Assembly: GCA_024276355.1 (NCBI GenBank)
Contig: JAJRXJ010000315.1
Coordinates: forward strand, 1-56,745
From: Actinomycetes bacterium
GTDB lineage: Bacteria > Actinomycetota > Acidimicrobiia > Acidimicrobiales > Aldehydirespiratoraceae
DNA: 56,745 nt
Direction of reading: 5' to 3'
Positions 45,699-54,111 of the stretch are shown here, one piece after another. Position 1 is the stretch's first letter; the number at the start of each line of letters is the position of its first letter. Below the pieces are notes generated by a model. The model made no database searches, was not told the origin of the DNA, and saw nothing but the letters and a program-made list of their open reading frames with translations. Position numbers and translations under genes: made by a program.

Positions 45699-46568
45699 AT
45701 GACCTGTGCGATCGCCATAGACATCGGGGGTACCAAGATCGAGGTCGGGTTGGTCGACGATTCGGCCACGATTCTCGAGCGCCACCGGGCCGCGTCAACC
45801 GGCGCCGCCGACGGAGAGGAGTTGTTTCAGCGCATGGCCGATCTCGTCGAGACGATCGGGGCGGGGCGCGCCGGTGTCTGCGGTGTGGGAACGGGCGGGC
45901 CGATGAGATCGGCAGGTGAGAAGGTCTCACCGCTCAACATCGAGGTGTGGCGCGATTTCCCGCTGCGAGGAAGGCTGGCATCGCTCACCGGGCTTCCGAC
46001 CTTCGTCGACAACGATGCCAAGGCCCTTGCCCTGGCCGAGGGCTGGCGGGGAGCGGCCCGTGGCGAGTCAGATTTCATGGCCATGGTCGTGTCAACCGGT
46101 GTGGGCGGTGGGATAGTTCTCAACGGGCGGTTGCTCGACGGGGCCGACGGCAACGCCGGTCATATCGGACATGTGGTCGTGGAGCCGGCCGGTACGGAAC
46201 TTCCGCTGCATGTGCGAGGGGTTCTGGAAGCCGAGGCGTCGGGAACCGCCCTGGAGTTCCGCACCGGTCGTCCGGCGGCCGAGGCCGACGATACGGAGAT
46301 CCGGAGGGCGGGAACCCTTGTAGGGCGGGCCGTGGGTTCGGTGGCGAATCTACTCGACCTTCGTCTGGCGGTGGTTGCGGGTTCGGTGGCTCTCGGATTC
46401 GGTGATCCCTTCTTCGTTGCTGCCCAGCGCGAGATCGACCGGGTGGCCAGGCTCGATCACAGTCTCGGCACGCGGATCGTGCCGGCCGGACTGGGGGCCG
46501 ATGGGCCACTGATCGGGGCGGCCGCAGTGGGGTTTCGCGGGCTCGGCATCGATGTGGGGGTCTCCTGA
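45699..46568 (+). CDS. ROK family kinase (NanK-like GHIGH subtype)
   Basis: IDIGGTK, DNDAKALALAE, VSTGVGGG, AGHIGH. Confidence 0.88.
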   Translation: MTCAIAIDIGGTKIEVGLVDDSATILERHRAASTGAADGEELFQRMADLVETIGAGRAGVCGVGTGGPMRSAGEKVSPLNIEVWRDFPLRGRLASLTGLPTFVDNDAKALALAEGWRGAARGESDFMAMVVSTGVGGGIVLNGRLLDGADGNAGHIGHVVVEPAGTELPLHVRGVLEAEASGTALEFRTGRPAAEADDTEIRRAGTLVGRAVGSVANLLDLRLAVVAGSVALGFGDPFFVAAQREIDRVARLDHSLGTRIVPAGLGADGPLIGAAAVGFRGLGIDVGVS

Positions 46569-46569
46569 G

Positions 46570-46827
46570 ATGCCGTCGTGGGCGTCGCCGGGGGTGGTGG
46601 CAGCGGTCGCACTCCGGCCGACGCTGTGGGCCACCGCGGTCGTTGAGGCCCGCCGAATGGTGCCGCGCGGCTGGTGGCGTCGGTCGCCATTTCTGCCGGT
46701 ACCCGATCCCGCACTGGTTGCATTCAGAGCCGAGACACAATATGGCGACCCCGCTCATCGTTTCGAGCCAGGTGATGTCGTGGTGTGGCTCCAGTGGTGT
46801 CGGGCGGAGAATCGGCGGCGTCGGTGA
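46570..46827 (+). CDS. Small hypothetical protein
   Basis: Tightly packed in operon; GWWRRSPFLPVPD..FR.ETQYG..DVVVWLQWC. Confidence 0.72.
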   Translation: MPSWASPGVVAAVALRPTLWATAVVEARRMVPRGWWRRSPFLPVPDPALVAFRAETQYGDPAHRFEPGDVVVWLQWCRAENRRRR

Positions 46828-47516
46828 GCTTCGCCGCGGCGGGAGCCCCCGAATCATGGACGGTGGTTCACCAGACCGGGTCGGTAGAGGATCTGCACCA
46901 CCTTCCGGATCCGGAGTCCCTCTCCAGAACTGTTCGCGTGCTCGAGCCGACTCGGCCGGCGATCGTGCTCGGCAGTTCGCAATCGGAGTCGATCGTCGAC
47001 CACCCGGCTGCCGCCAGCCACGGATTCGACATCGTGAGACGGCGAAGCGGCGGGGGAGCCGTGCTGGTGATTCCCGGTGAGCAGGTGTGGCTCGACCTCC
47101 TGATACCGGCTGCTGATCCACTCTGGAACGACGACATAGTCAAGGCGGCCGGCTGGGTCGGTGCCGCCTGGGCGGAGGCACTGTCGACCGTGGGGGTTGA
47201 CGGGGCCGCGGTTCACTCCGGTCGACTGGTCACCACTCGTTGGTCGAGTCTTGTGTGCTTCGCCGGCTTGGGCCCGGGTGAGGTGACAGTGGGCGGGATG
47301 AAGGTCATGGGCCTGAGTCAGCGACGCGGTCGTCACTGGACGCGGATCCAGTCGGCGGTTCACCTTCGCTGGCGCCCCGATGCATTGCTCGGCTGTCTCG
47401 ACATGAGTCCGGAGCGGCGTTCCGAGTGCCTTGCCGATGTGATCGACAGCGTTGTGTGCGTGGATGCGAGCCCGCATTCTCTCACCGGCGCGCTGTTGGC
47501 TTCTCTGCCCGACTGA
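46824..47516 (+). CDS. Lipoate-protein ligase A / LipM family protein
   Basis: VLGSSQ, RRRSGGGAV, CFAG.GPGE, KVMGLSQRR. Confidence 0.85.
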   Translation: MSFAAAGAPESWTVVHQTGSVEDLHHLPDPESLSRTVRVLEPTRPAIVLGSSQSESIVDHPAAASHGFDIVRRRSGGGAVLVIPGEQVWLDLLIPAADPLWNDDIVKAAGWVGAAWAEALSTVGVDGAAVHSGRLVTTRWSSLVCFAGLGPGEVTVGGMKVMGLSQRRGRHWTRIQSAVHLRWRPDALLGCLDMSPERRSECLADVIDSVVCVDASPHSLTGALLASLPD

Positions 47517-47588
47517 GCAGCAGCACCGGGCGGGATCTCTCTGGGTGGTCATCGGCGCGCTCGGTGTCACGCGGGGCGAGAAATGTGT

Positions 47589-47602
47589 CGAACGCTTGTT
47601 CG
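47589..47602. promoter_or_regulatory. LexA (SOS) box-like palindrome upstream of mraZ
   Basis: CGAAC-GCTT-GTTCG in an intergenic position. Confidence 0.65.
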
Positions 47603-47636
47603 GTCGCGCAGAAAGTGGAGTTTTCTGTTGCCCAAG

Positions 47637-47721
47637 TGGCTCATTTAGGGTAATAGTGGGGCGACTAGGAGAGAGTAGGGGAGTTCAGGGGAACTCAGGT
47701 GAGAGTCGGAGTCGGCTGGTG
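47637..47721 (+). repeat. MraZ-binding direct repeats (10-bp period)
   Basis: NGGNG at 47657, 47667, 47677, 47687, 47697, 47707 and 47717, plus in-phase NGG at 47637 and 47647; overlaps putative TTGCCC-N17-TAATAG promoter. Confidence 0.8.
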
Positions 47722-47762
47722 AAACAGTCGAAATCGGCAACGAGACGGAAAGGAGGGTGAAG

Positions 47763-48215
47763 ATGGCAAGGTTCGTCGGGGCATACGAGTACACGATAGA
47801 TGGCCAGGGACGGCTCATTCTTCCGCCCTCGTTTCGCTCCAAGCTCGCCGACGGCGCCTACGTGACCGCACTCGACAATTGCCTGGCCATCATCCCCACC
47901 GAGGAGTTCGACGCCATGTCGGACCTGATGGAGGAGAGCGTCGCCGACGGCGAGTTCGACATCGAGGGCTATCGAGAGTTCTTCAGCCAGGCGATGGACG
48001 TCGTTCCCGACGGTCAGGGCCGCATCAAGATCAGGCCACAGCACGCAGAACTGGCCGGGCTCAACCGCAATGTCGTTGTGGCCGGCGTGGGTAAGCGGGT
48101 CGAGATCTGGGACCAGGAGCGATGGCAGGCCAAGAGCGCCGACCGCTCCGAGAAGCTGGCCGAAGGCGTTGGCAAGGGAATCGGGATCGGTCCCGGGACC
48201 AGACGAAACCGCTGA
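47763..48215 (+). CDS. mraZ: Division/cell wall cluster repressor MraZ
   Basis: AAGGAGG RBS; FVGAYEYTIDGQGR, DGQGRI, GVGKRVEIW. Confidence 0.96.
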   Translation: MARFVGAYEYTIDGQGRLILPPSFRSKLADGAYVTALDNCLAIIPTEEFDAMSDLMEESVADGEFDIEGYREFFSQAMDVVPDGQGRIKIRPQHAELAGLNRNVVVAGVGKRVEIWDQERWQAKSADRSEKLAEGVGKGIGIGPGTRRNR

Positions 48216-48421
48216 ACCACACGGCTCGAATCAGCACACGACCACCAAGAAGCAGACCAACCGAAGATTTCGACAAGACGAAAGGACCCAACACCACACG
48301 ACCGACCAGCGATCATCTGCAGTCTTCCGATCATCAAATGGAAGACCCGTACTCCGCCCGCTTGCCATTAGCCCGATCGGGGGAGAAATCCCGACGAGCG
48401 ACGTTGATCGGGAGACTGCAG

Positions 48422-49450
48422 ATGACCGGTGCCGGGTCCCGCACAGGTGCGATCACAATGCCATCTACAGGCTCCTCCCCGAACAAAGACGACTCCGACT
48501 CCGACACCGACGAGATCGGGTTCGCCCATGTGCCCGTGATGAAACGCGAGGTGATCGAAGTGCTGTCGCAGGTTCCCCCGGGAGTGGTTGTCGACGCGAC
48601 ACTCGGCGGAGCGGGCCACTCGGAGGCCCTCCTCGATGCCAATCCCGAAATCGTGATAGTCGGCCTGGATCGCGACGAAATGGCACTGGCCGCCGCCGGC
48701 AAGAGGCTGGCCAACCACTCCCACAGGGTGAGCCTCCACCATTGCAGATTCGACTCGCTCGGAGAGGTCGTGCGATCGCTCGGACACGAGGAGATCTCCG
48801 GATGTCTGTTCGATCTCGGAGTCAGCTCACCCCAACTCGATCGGGCCGACCGTGGATTCAGCTTTCGAAATGACGGGCCTCTCGACATGCGAATGGATCG
48901 CAGCCAGGGCCCGACAGCCGCCGATGTGGTCAACGGATATGACGAACCCTCCATCGTCGACATCCTCAGACGACACGGTGACGAGCCGCACGCTCGCCGG
49001 ATCGCCCGGGCGATCGTTGCGGCTCGTCCGTTCTCCTCCACCGCCGAGCTGGCCGAGGTCGTGCGTGATGCCGTCCCCGCGCCGGCAAGGCGGCGGGGTG
49101 GGCATCCCGCCCGGCGAACCTTTCAGGCGATTCGTATCGAGGTCAACGATGAACTCTCGATCCTGGCCGACGCGATCGGCCAGGCCATCGACCTGCTCTG
49201 CCCGGAGGGCCGGTGTGCCGTGCTCGCCTATCACTCCGGGGAGGATCGAATCGTGAAGCGCCTGTTCCGCCGGGCAGCCGGTGAGGTCGCACCCCCGCGG
49301 CCCGATCTGCCACCACCTCCGGGCACGGTGGCCGAGGTCGAGTTGCTGTGGCGCGGTGCCCGCAAGCCCTCAGCCGCGGAAATCGAACGCAACCCGCGCG
49401 CCGAGGCGGCCCGATTCCGAGCGGTTTCCAAGTTGAGGAGGGCGGCCTGA
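48422..49450 (+). CDS. rsmH: 16S rRNA m4C1402 methyltransferase
   Basis: HVPVM, DATLGGAGHS, DLGVSSPQLD, HPARRTFQAIRIEVNDEL, YHSGEDR. Start is 48422 or 48458. Confidence 0.96.
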   Translation: MTGAGSRTGAITMPSTGSSPNKDDSDSDTDEIGFAHVPVMKREVIEVLSQVPPGVVVDATLGGAGHSEALLDANPEIVIVGLDRDEMALAAAGKRLANHSHRVSLHHCRFDSLGEVVRSLGHEEISGCLFDLGVSSPQLDRADRGFSFRNDGPLDMRMDRSQGPTAADVVNGYDEPSIVDILRRHGDEPHARRIARAIVAARPFSSTAELAEVVRDAVPAPARRRGGHPARRTFQAIRIEVNDELSILADAIGQAIDLLCPEGRCAVLAYHSGEDRIVKRLFRRAAGEVAPPRPDLPPPPGTVAEVELLWRGARKPSAAEIERNPRAEAARFRAVSKLRRAA

Positions 49451-49863
49451 TGGCGGCGGTGACACCGGCATCGAGGCCTCGTCCGGCAGCAAGGCCGCAG
49501 GAGCGCAGGGCCAACCTCAGGGTCGTACGAACCAACGAGCGGGTCAGGGCTGTCGGAGCGGTCGGCACGTTCATCGGGGTGATCCTGATGACCACTCTTC
49601 TCCTTCTGGCCGGGCTCCACGCCGTGCTGGTGCAGACGCAGGCCAAGCTCGACTCGCTCGACACCGAGATCTCGGGACTCGAGGTACAGAGGAACGAGGT
49701 GCTCGCCGAGCTGGCCTGGCATGACTCTCCGGAGGGATTGGCGGAATCCGCGGCCGCAGCCGGTCTGGTACACGCGACAGATCTGAAGATTCTCGCGCCG
49801 GTGGCCGAGGGTTCGCTGCTTCCTCCAGCCGGGCTCGACCCGTTTGGTGGGGTCGACGGGTGA
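49450..49863 (+). CDS. ftsL: Cell division protein FtsL-like
   Basis: Between rsmH and ftsI; LRVV motif, single TM, coiled coil, SPEGLAESA..GLV. Confidence 0.8.
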   Translation: MAAVTPASRPRPAARPQERRANLRVVRTNERVRAVGAVGTFIGVILMTTLLLLAGLHAVLVQTQAKLDSLDTEISGLEVQRNEVLAELAWHDSPEGLAESAAAAGLVHATDLKILAPVAEGSLLPPAGLDPFGGVDG

Positions 49864-51677
49864 CTTCGGGACGCCGTCGCTCGAACAAGAAGAAAGTGGC
49901 TGCCGTACGCCCTCAGGTCGGCTCCGGCAGGGTCGCCACGGTGGCGGTCTTGGCCGGCATCATCCTGGGCGGCTTCATGTGGCGGCTGGTGGATCTGCAG
50001 CTCACCCCCGACCCGGAGCTGGCGTCGGGGATCGGCACCCGCACAGTGGAGAGACCAATACCCGCTCCCCGCGGTGAGATTCTCGACCGCCACGGTCGTC
50101 CGATGGCGCTGTCGCTGCCATCCCCGACCATCATCGCCAACCCGCGGATGGTTCCGGCCGAGATGGTTCCCGAGATCGTGGATGCACTCAGCGAGTTGTT
50201 GTCGACCGACCCGGACGTACTCACAAGGCGGTTGAGTGGTGATGGCTACTTCGCATACCTCGAGCGTCAGGTCGATCCCAGTGTGGGAGAGGCGGTTGAG
50301 GCACTGAATCTTCCGGGCATCTCCACAATCGAGGAACCTCGCCGTGAGCACCCCAACGGTGACTGTTCGGGCATCGACGTGGTCGGGAGAGTCGACCCGG
50401 ATCACCGGGGAAGCACCGGACTCGAGCTGAAGTACGACGATCTGCTCACCGGATCGGACGGCAAGGTGGTCCTCCAGTCGAGTGCCAACGGGCGCAGCAC
50501 CATTCCCGGCGGCCGCCAGGTCGTTGAGCCGGCCCGGCCCGGTTCCAGTCTCGAGTTGACCATCGATCGCAACATCCAGTTCAAGTCGGAGAACCTGATA
50601 GAGCAGGCCGTCGAGGAGACCGGAGGATCACTGGGAATCGTGATCGTGACGATTCCGAGCACGGGCGAGATCGTGGCCATGGCCAGTGCCCGGCGCAGCG
50701 ACACCACCGGCCTTGTCGATTGCACCACCACCAACCTGGGTGTGATCTGGTCGTACGAACCCGGATCGGTCATGAAACCGATGACCGTTTCGAGCCTGCT
50801 GGAGAACCACCCCGACGCGGCGAACGAGCGTATCGAGGTTCCGTATTCGATAGTGAGAGACGACGGCGCCGGCGGCAAGACGTTCACCGATCACAGGTAT
50901 CGCGAGACCGAGATGATGTCCCTCACCGACATAATCTCGCGATCATCCAACGTGGGGGCCATCCTTACCGGCGAAAAGGTCGGGGCGTCCGATCTCCATG
51001 GCACGCTTGTCGACATGGGATTCGGATCAAAGACCGCGCTCGACTTCAAGGGTGAGGCCAGCGGGATTCTCAACCGGCTCGACATCGACTCTCTCGCACT
51101 GTCGAACGTCTCGATGGGTCAGGGCGTCGCCGTCACCCCGCTGCAGCTCATCACCGCCTACAACACCATCGCGAACGGGGGTATCCAACCGGCGCCCGTC
51201 CTGGTGAAGGACGATGTTGGGAAGATCCCGGGTCGACGCGTTCTTGCACAGGCCACCGCCGAAAAGGTTTATGCGATGTTGCGACAAGTGGTGATCGACG
51301 GAACCGGCACCGCTGCGGCTCTCCCGGGTTTCGACGTGGCCGGGAAGACCGGAACCGCCTGGCAACCCTGCTCGCCCGGATTGGGATACGACTGCGAAGG
51401 TGGCGGCAGGCACTACACCGCCACGTTCGTGGGCATGATCGGTGACGATTCCGGTCCGCAGCTTTCGGCCATCGTGGTCGTCGATGATCCCCAAGAGGAG
51501 TTGGGCTCCTACTACGGCGGTTCCGTGGCCGCACCGGTGTTCAAGAAGGTGATGGCCTACGCGACCGGCCAACTGAGAATCGCTCCGTTGGGCGACCCCG
51601 GGTCTCCAACCGAGCGATTGCGCTCCCTTCCGGCATCCGAACCGATCCTGCCCACCCCGACCGAGGCCAACTCGTGA
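49860..51677 (+). CDS. ftsI: Class B PBP, FtsI
   Basis: PRGEILDRHG, YEPGSVMK (SxxK), SSN, KTGT; dcw position. Confidence 0.93.
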   Translation: MTSGRRRSNKKKVAAVRPQVGSGRVATVAVLAGIILGGFMWRLVDLQLTPDPELASGIGTRTVERPIPAPRGEILDRHGRPMALSLPSPTIIANPRMVPAEMVPEIVDALSELLSTDPDVLTRRLSGDGYFAYLERQVDPSVGEAVEALNLPGISTIEEPRREHPNGDCSGIDVVGRVDPDHRGSTGLELKYDDLLTGSDGKVVLQSSANGRSTIPGGRQVVEPARPGSSLELTIDRNIQFKSENLIEQAVEETGGSLGIVIVTIPSTGEIVAMASARRSDTTGLVDCTTTNLGVIWSYEPGSVMKPMTVSSLLENHPDAANERIEVPYSIVRDDGAGGKTFTDHRYRETEMMSLTDIISRSSNVGAILTGEKVGASDLHGTLVDMGFGSKTALDFKGEASGILNRLDIDSLALSNVSMGQGVAVTPLQLITAYNTIANGGIQPAPVLVKDDVGKIPGRRVLAQATAEKVYAMLRQVVIDGTGTAAALPGFDVAGKTGTAWQPCSPGLGYDCEGGGRHYTATFVGMIGDDSGPQLSAIVVVDDPQEELGSYYGGSVAAPVFKKVMAYATGQLRIAPLGDPGSPTERLRSLPASEPILPTPTEANS

Positions 51678-53083
51678 CGTGCAGCATCCAGGTGGTGGCC
51701 CGCGAGCTCGGATCCATGGTTGTTGCCACGACCGGCCCACTGGAACGCGTCGCCGATGTTGAGCACGATTCGCGACGCGTCGGACCAGGGAGCCTCTTCG
51801 CATGCATCCCCGGGAAGAACACCGACGGCCATGATCACGCCACGGCGGCGATCGAGGCCGGCGCGGTGGCCCTTCTGACGGAGCGCAGTCTTGATCTCGG
51901 GGTGGCGGAGATTGAAGTCGAATCGGTGAGGCGGGCGGTGGGGCCGGCGGCGTCATTGGTCCACGGTCATCCGAGCCGCAGGATGGACGTGGTCGGCATT
52001 ACCGGTACCAACGGAAAGACCACCACGCTGAGGCTTCTCGCCGGGGTGCTGAGGCGCCTCGGTGGATCGGTCCACGAGATCGGCACGCTCACCGGTGCCC
52101 GAACCACTCCGGAGGCCCCGGAGCTGCAAAGAGAGCTTGCGCTTGCGCTGGCCGGCGGCGATTCGACGGTGGCGATGGAGGTCTCTTCCCATGCTCTCGA
52201 CCTTCATCGTGTCGACGGCACCCGCTTCCGGGTCGCAGCGTTCACGAACCTGGGCATGGACCACCTTGATCATCACGGAACCCTCGAGGCCTACTTCGAG
52301 GCCAAGGCCAAGTTGTTCACCCCCGAGTTGGCCGATGTCGCCGTGATCGACGCAACATCCCAGGCCGGTGAGGAGCTGGCCGGCCGATGCCGGATACCCG
52401 CCACCGTCATCGGCCGGGACGCCATCGAGATCATCGACTCCGGTCCGGCGGCCACCACATTCGCATGGCGGGATTCGGTCGTGCAGCTGCCTTTGGGAGG
52501 CGCGTTCAACGTTTCCAATGCGGTGCTTGCCGCCGAGATCGCGGTGGCTCTGGGACATGGGAAGTCGGCCGTGGCCGGGGCGTTGTCGGCCAGTCGATCG
52601 GTACCGGGGAGATTCGAGCGAATCGATCAGGGTCAGGACTTCACCGTGATAGTCGATTACGCCCATACGCCGGATGGCCTGGCCGCGGTGCTCGAGACGG
52701 CCAGGAACGTCACTGATGGAAAGCTGGTGGTTGTGTTCGGCGCCGGTGGCGACCGTGATGCCGGCAAGCGTCCGCGCATGGGAGAGGTGGCCAGAAGGTG
52801 GGCCGACAGGGTCGTGGTCACCAGCGACAACCCGAGAGGTGAGAATCCTCTCGACATCGCCGAGGCGATTGTCTCAGGCATGGAACATCCTCCCGAGCTT
52901 GTCGAACTCGACAGACGAACCGCTATCCGTCACGCCCTGGCCGGTGCCCGGCCCGGAGACCTGGTCCTGATCGCAGGGAAGGGCCACGAAACCACCCAGA
53001 CAATCGGTGACCAGATCATCGAGTTCGATGATCGCCAGGTGGTGCGCGAAGAACTCGAGCGGCGCGAAGGCAGGAACTCATGA
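51674..53083 (+). CDS. murE: UDP-MurNAc-tripeptide synthetase (DAP-adding)
   Basis: GITGTNGKTT, TTPEAP, MEVSSH, VDYAHTPDG, DNPR, AGKGHE. Confidence 0.96.
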   Translation: MTCSIQVVARELGSMVVATTGPLERVADVEHDSRRVGPGSLFACIPGKNTDGHDHATAAIEAGAVALLTERSLDLGVAEIEVESVRRAVGPAASLVHGHPSRRMDVVGITGTNGKTTTLRLLAGVLRRLGGSVHEIGTLTGARTTPEAPELQRELALALAGGDSTVAMEVSSHALDLHRVDGTRFRVAAFTNLGMDHLDHHGTLEAYFEAKAKLFTPELADVAVIDATSQAGEELAGRCRIPATVIGRDAIEIIDSGPAATTFAWRDSVVQLPLGGAFNVSNAVLAAEIAVALGHGKSAVAGALSASRSVPGRFERIDQGQDFTVIVDYAHTPDGLAAVLETARNVTDGKLVVVFGAGGDRDAGKRPRMGEVARRWADRVVVTSDNPRGENPLDIAEAIVSGMEHPPELVELDRRTAIRHALAGARPGDLVLIAGKGHETTQTIGDQIIEFDDRQVVREELERREGRNS

Positions 53084-54111
53084 CCCGTTTGCTGACGGCC
53101 GCTGCACTGTCGATGTTGGTGTCGTTGTTCGGCACCAAGGCTCTCATCGTGTGGCTCACGCGGCTACATGTCGGACAGCCGATCCGGGACGACGGTCCCC
53201 AGGGGCACCAGGTCAAGGCCGGCACTCCCACGATGGGAGGAGTGGCGATCGTGGCCGGAGCGGTCGTTGGATACATCGTGTCAGACGTGTTCGGCGGCAT
53301 ATACACCCGCAGTGGAATCTTCGTGATGTTGGCCATCGTGGGTGGCGGCGCGGTCGGGTTGATGGACGACTGGATCAAGGTGGTGGCTGCGAGAAACCTG
53401 GGCCTCAACAAGCGAGCGAAGATGCTGGGCCTGCTGGTGGTGGCCGTCGGATTCGCCACCCTGATGAGTCAGTACACATCGGTCCACACCACGATTTCGT
53501 TCACCCGTTTCGACAATCCCGGGTGGGAAATCGGCCACGTTCTCTGGATCATCTGGGCCGTCCTGTTGCTGGTGGGCACCGCCAATGCCGTCAACCTCAC
53601 CGATGGCCTCGACGGCCTTGCCGCGGGCGCGTCATCCTTTGCGTTCGCGGCGTTCACCTTCATCGGGTTCTGGCAGTTCCGCCACCAGGATGTCTACATG
53701 ATCAGCCATGCGCTCGATCTCGCGGTGGTGTCGGCCGCGATGATCGGGGGCATCATCGGGTTTCTCTGGTGGAACGCTGCTCCGGCCCAGATCTTCATGG
53801 GCGACACCGGGTCACTGGCAATCGGCACGGGTTTGGCCGCCCTGGCTCTGGCCACCGGAACCCAGCTCCTCCTGCCGATAATCGCCGGGCTGTTCGTGAT
53901 CGAGACTCTCTCAGTGATCATCCAGGTCCTGTGGTTCAAGAAGTTCCATCGGAGAGTGTTCAAGATGGCGCCGGTGCACCATCACTTCGAGCTGGCCGGA
54001 TGGCCGGAAACGACCGTGATCGTTCGTCTCTGGATCATGTCGGGTCTGTGCACCGCCGTCGGACTCGGCCTGTTCTACGCCGATGCCATCAGCGCCGGGT
54101 TCACAGCATGA
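53080..54111 (+). CDS. mraY: Phospho-MurNAc-pentapeptide transferase
   Basis: KAGTPTMGG, DDWIK, NAVNLTDGLDGL, IFMGDTGS, HHHFE. Confidence 0.97.
   Translation: MTRLLTAAALSMLVSLFGTKALIVWLTRLHVGQPIRDDGPQGHQVKAGTPTMGGVAIVAGAVVGYIVSDVFGGIYTRSGIFVMLAIVGGGAVGLMDDWIKVVAARNLGLNKRAKMLGLLVVAVGFATLMSQYTSVHTTISFTRFDNPGWEIGHVLWIIWAVLLLVGTANAVNLTDGLDGLAAGASSFAFAAFTFIGFWQFRHQDVYMISHALDLAVVSAAMIGGIIGFLWWNAAPAQIFMGDTGSLAIGTGLAALALATGTQLLLPIIAGLFVIETLSVIIQVLWFKKFHRRVFKMAPVHHHFELAGWPETTVIVRLWIMSGLCTAVGLGLFYADAISAGFTA

Noticed and set aside
47637-47721. Periodic repeats as a possible CRISPR or iteron array
   Set aside because: The period is only 10 bp with a 5-bp core, there are no spacers or cas genes, and MraZ boxes explain it
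53007-54107. 830-aa ORF suggesting a fused N-terminal domain on MurD
   Set aside because: The extension is an out-of-frame overlap with mraY; the real start is ATG 54108
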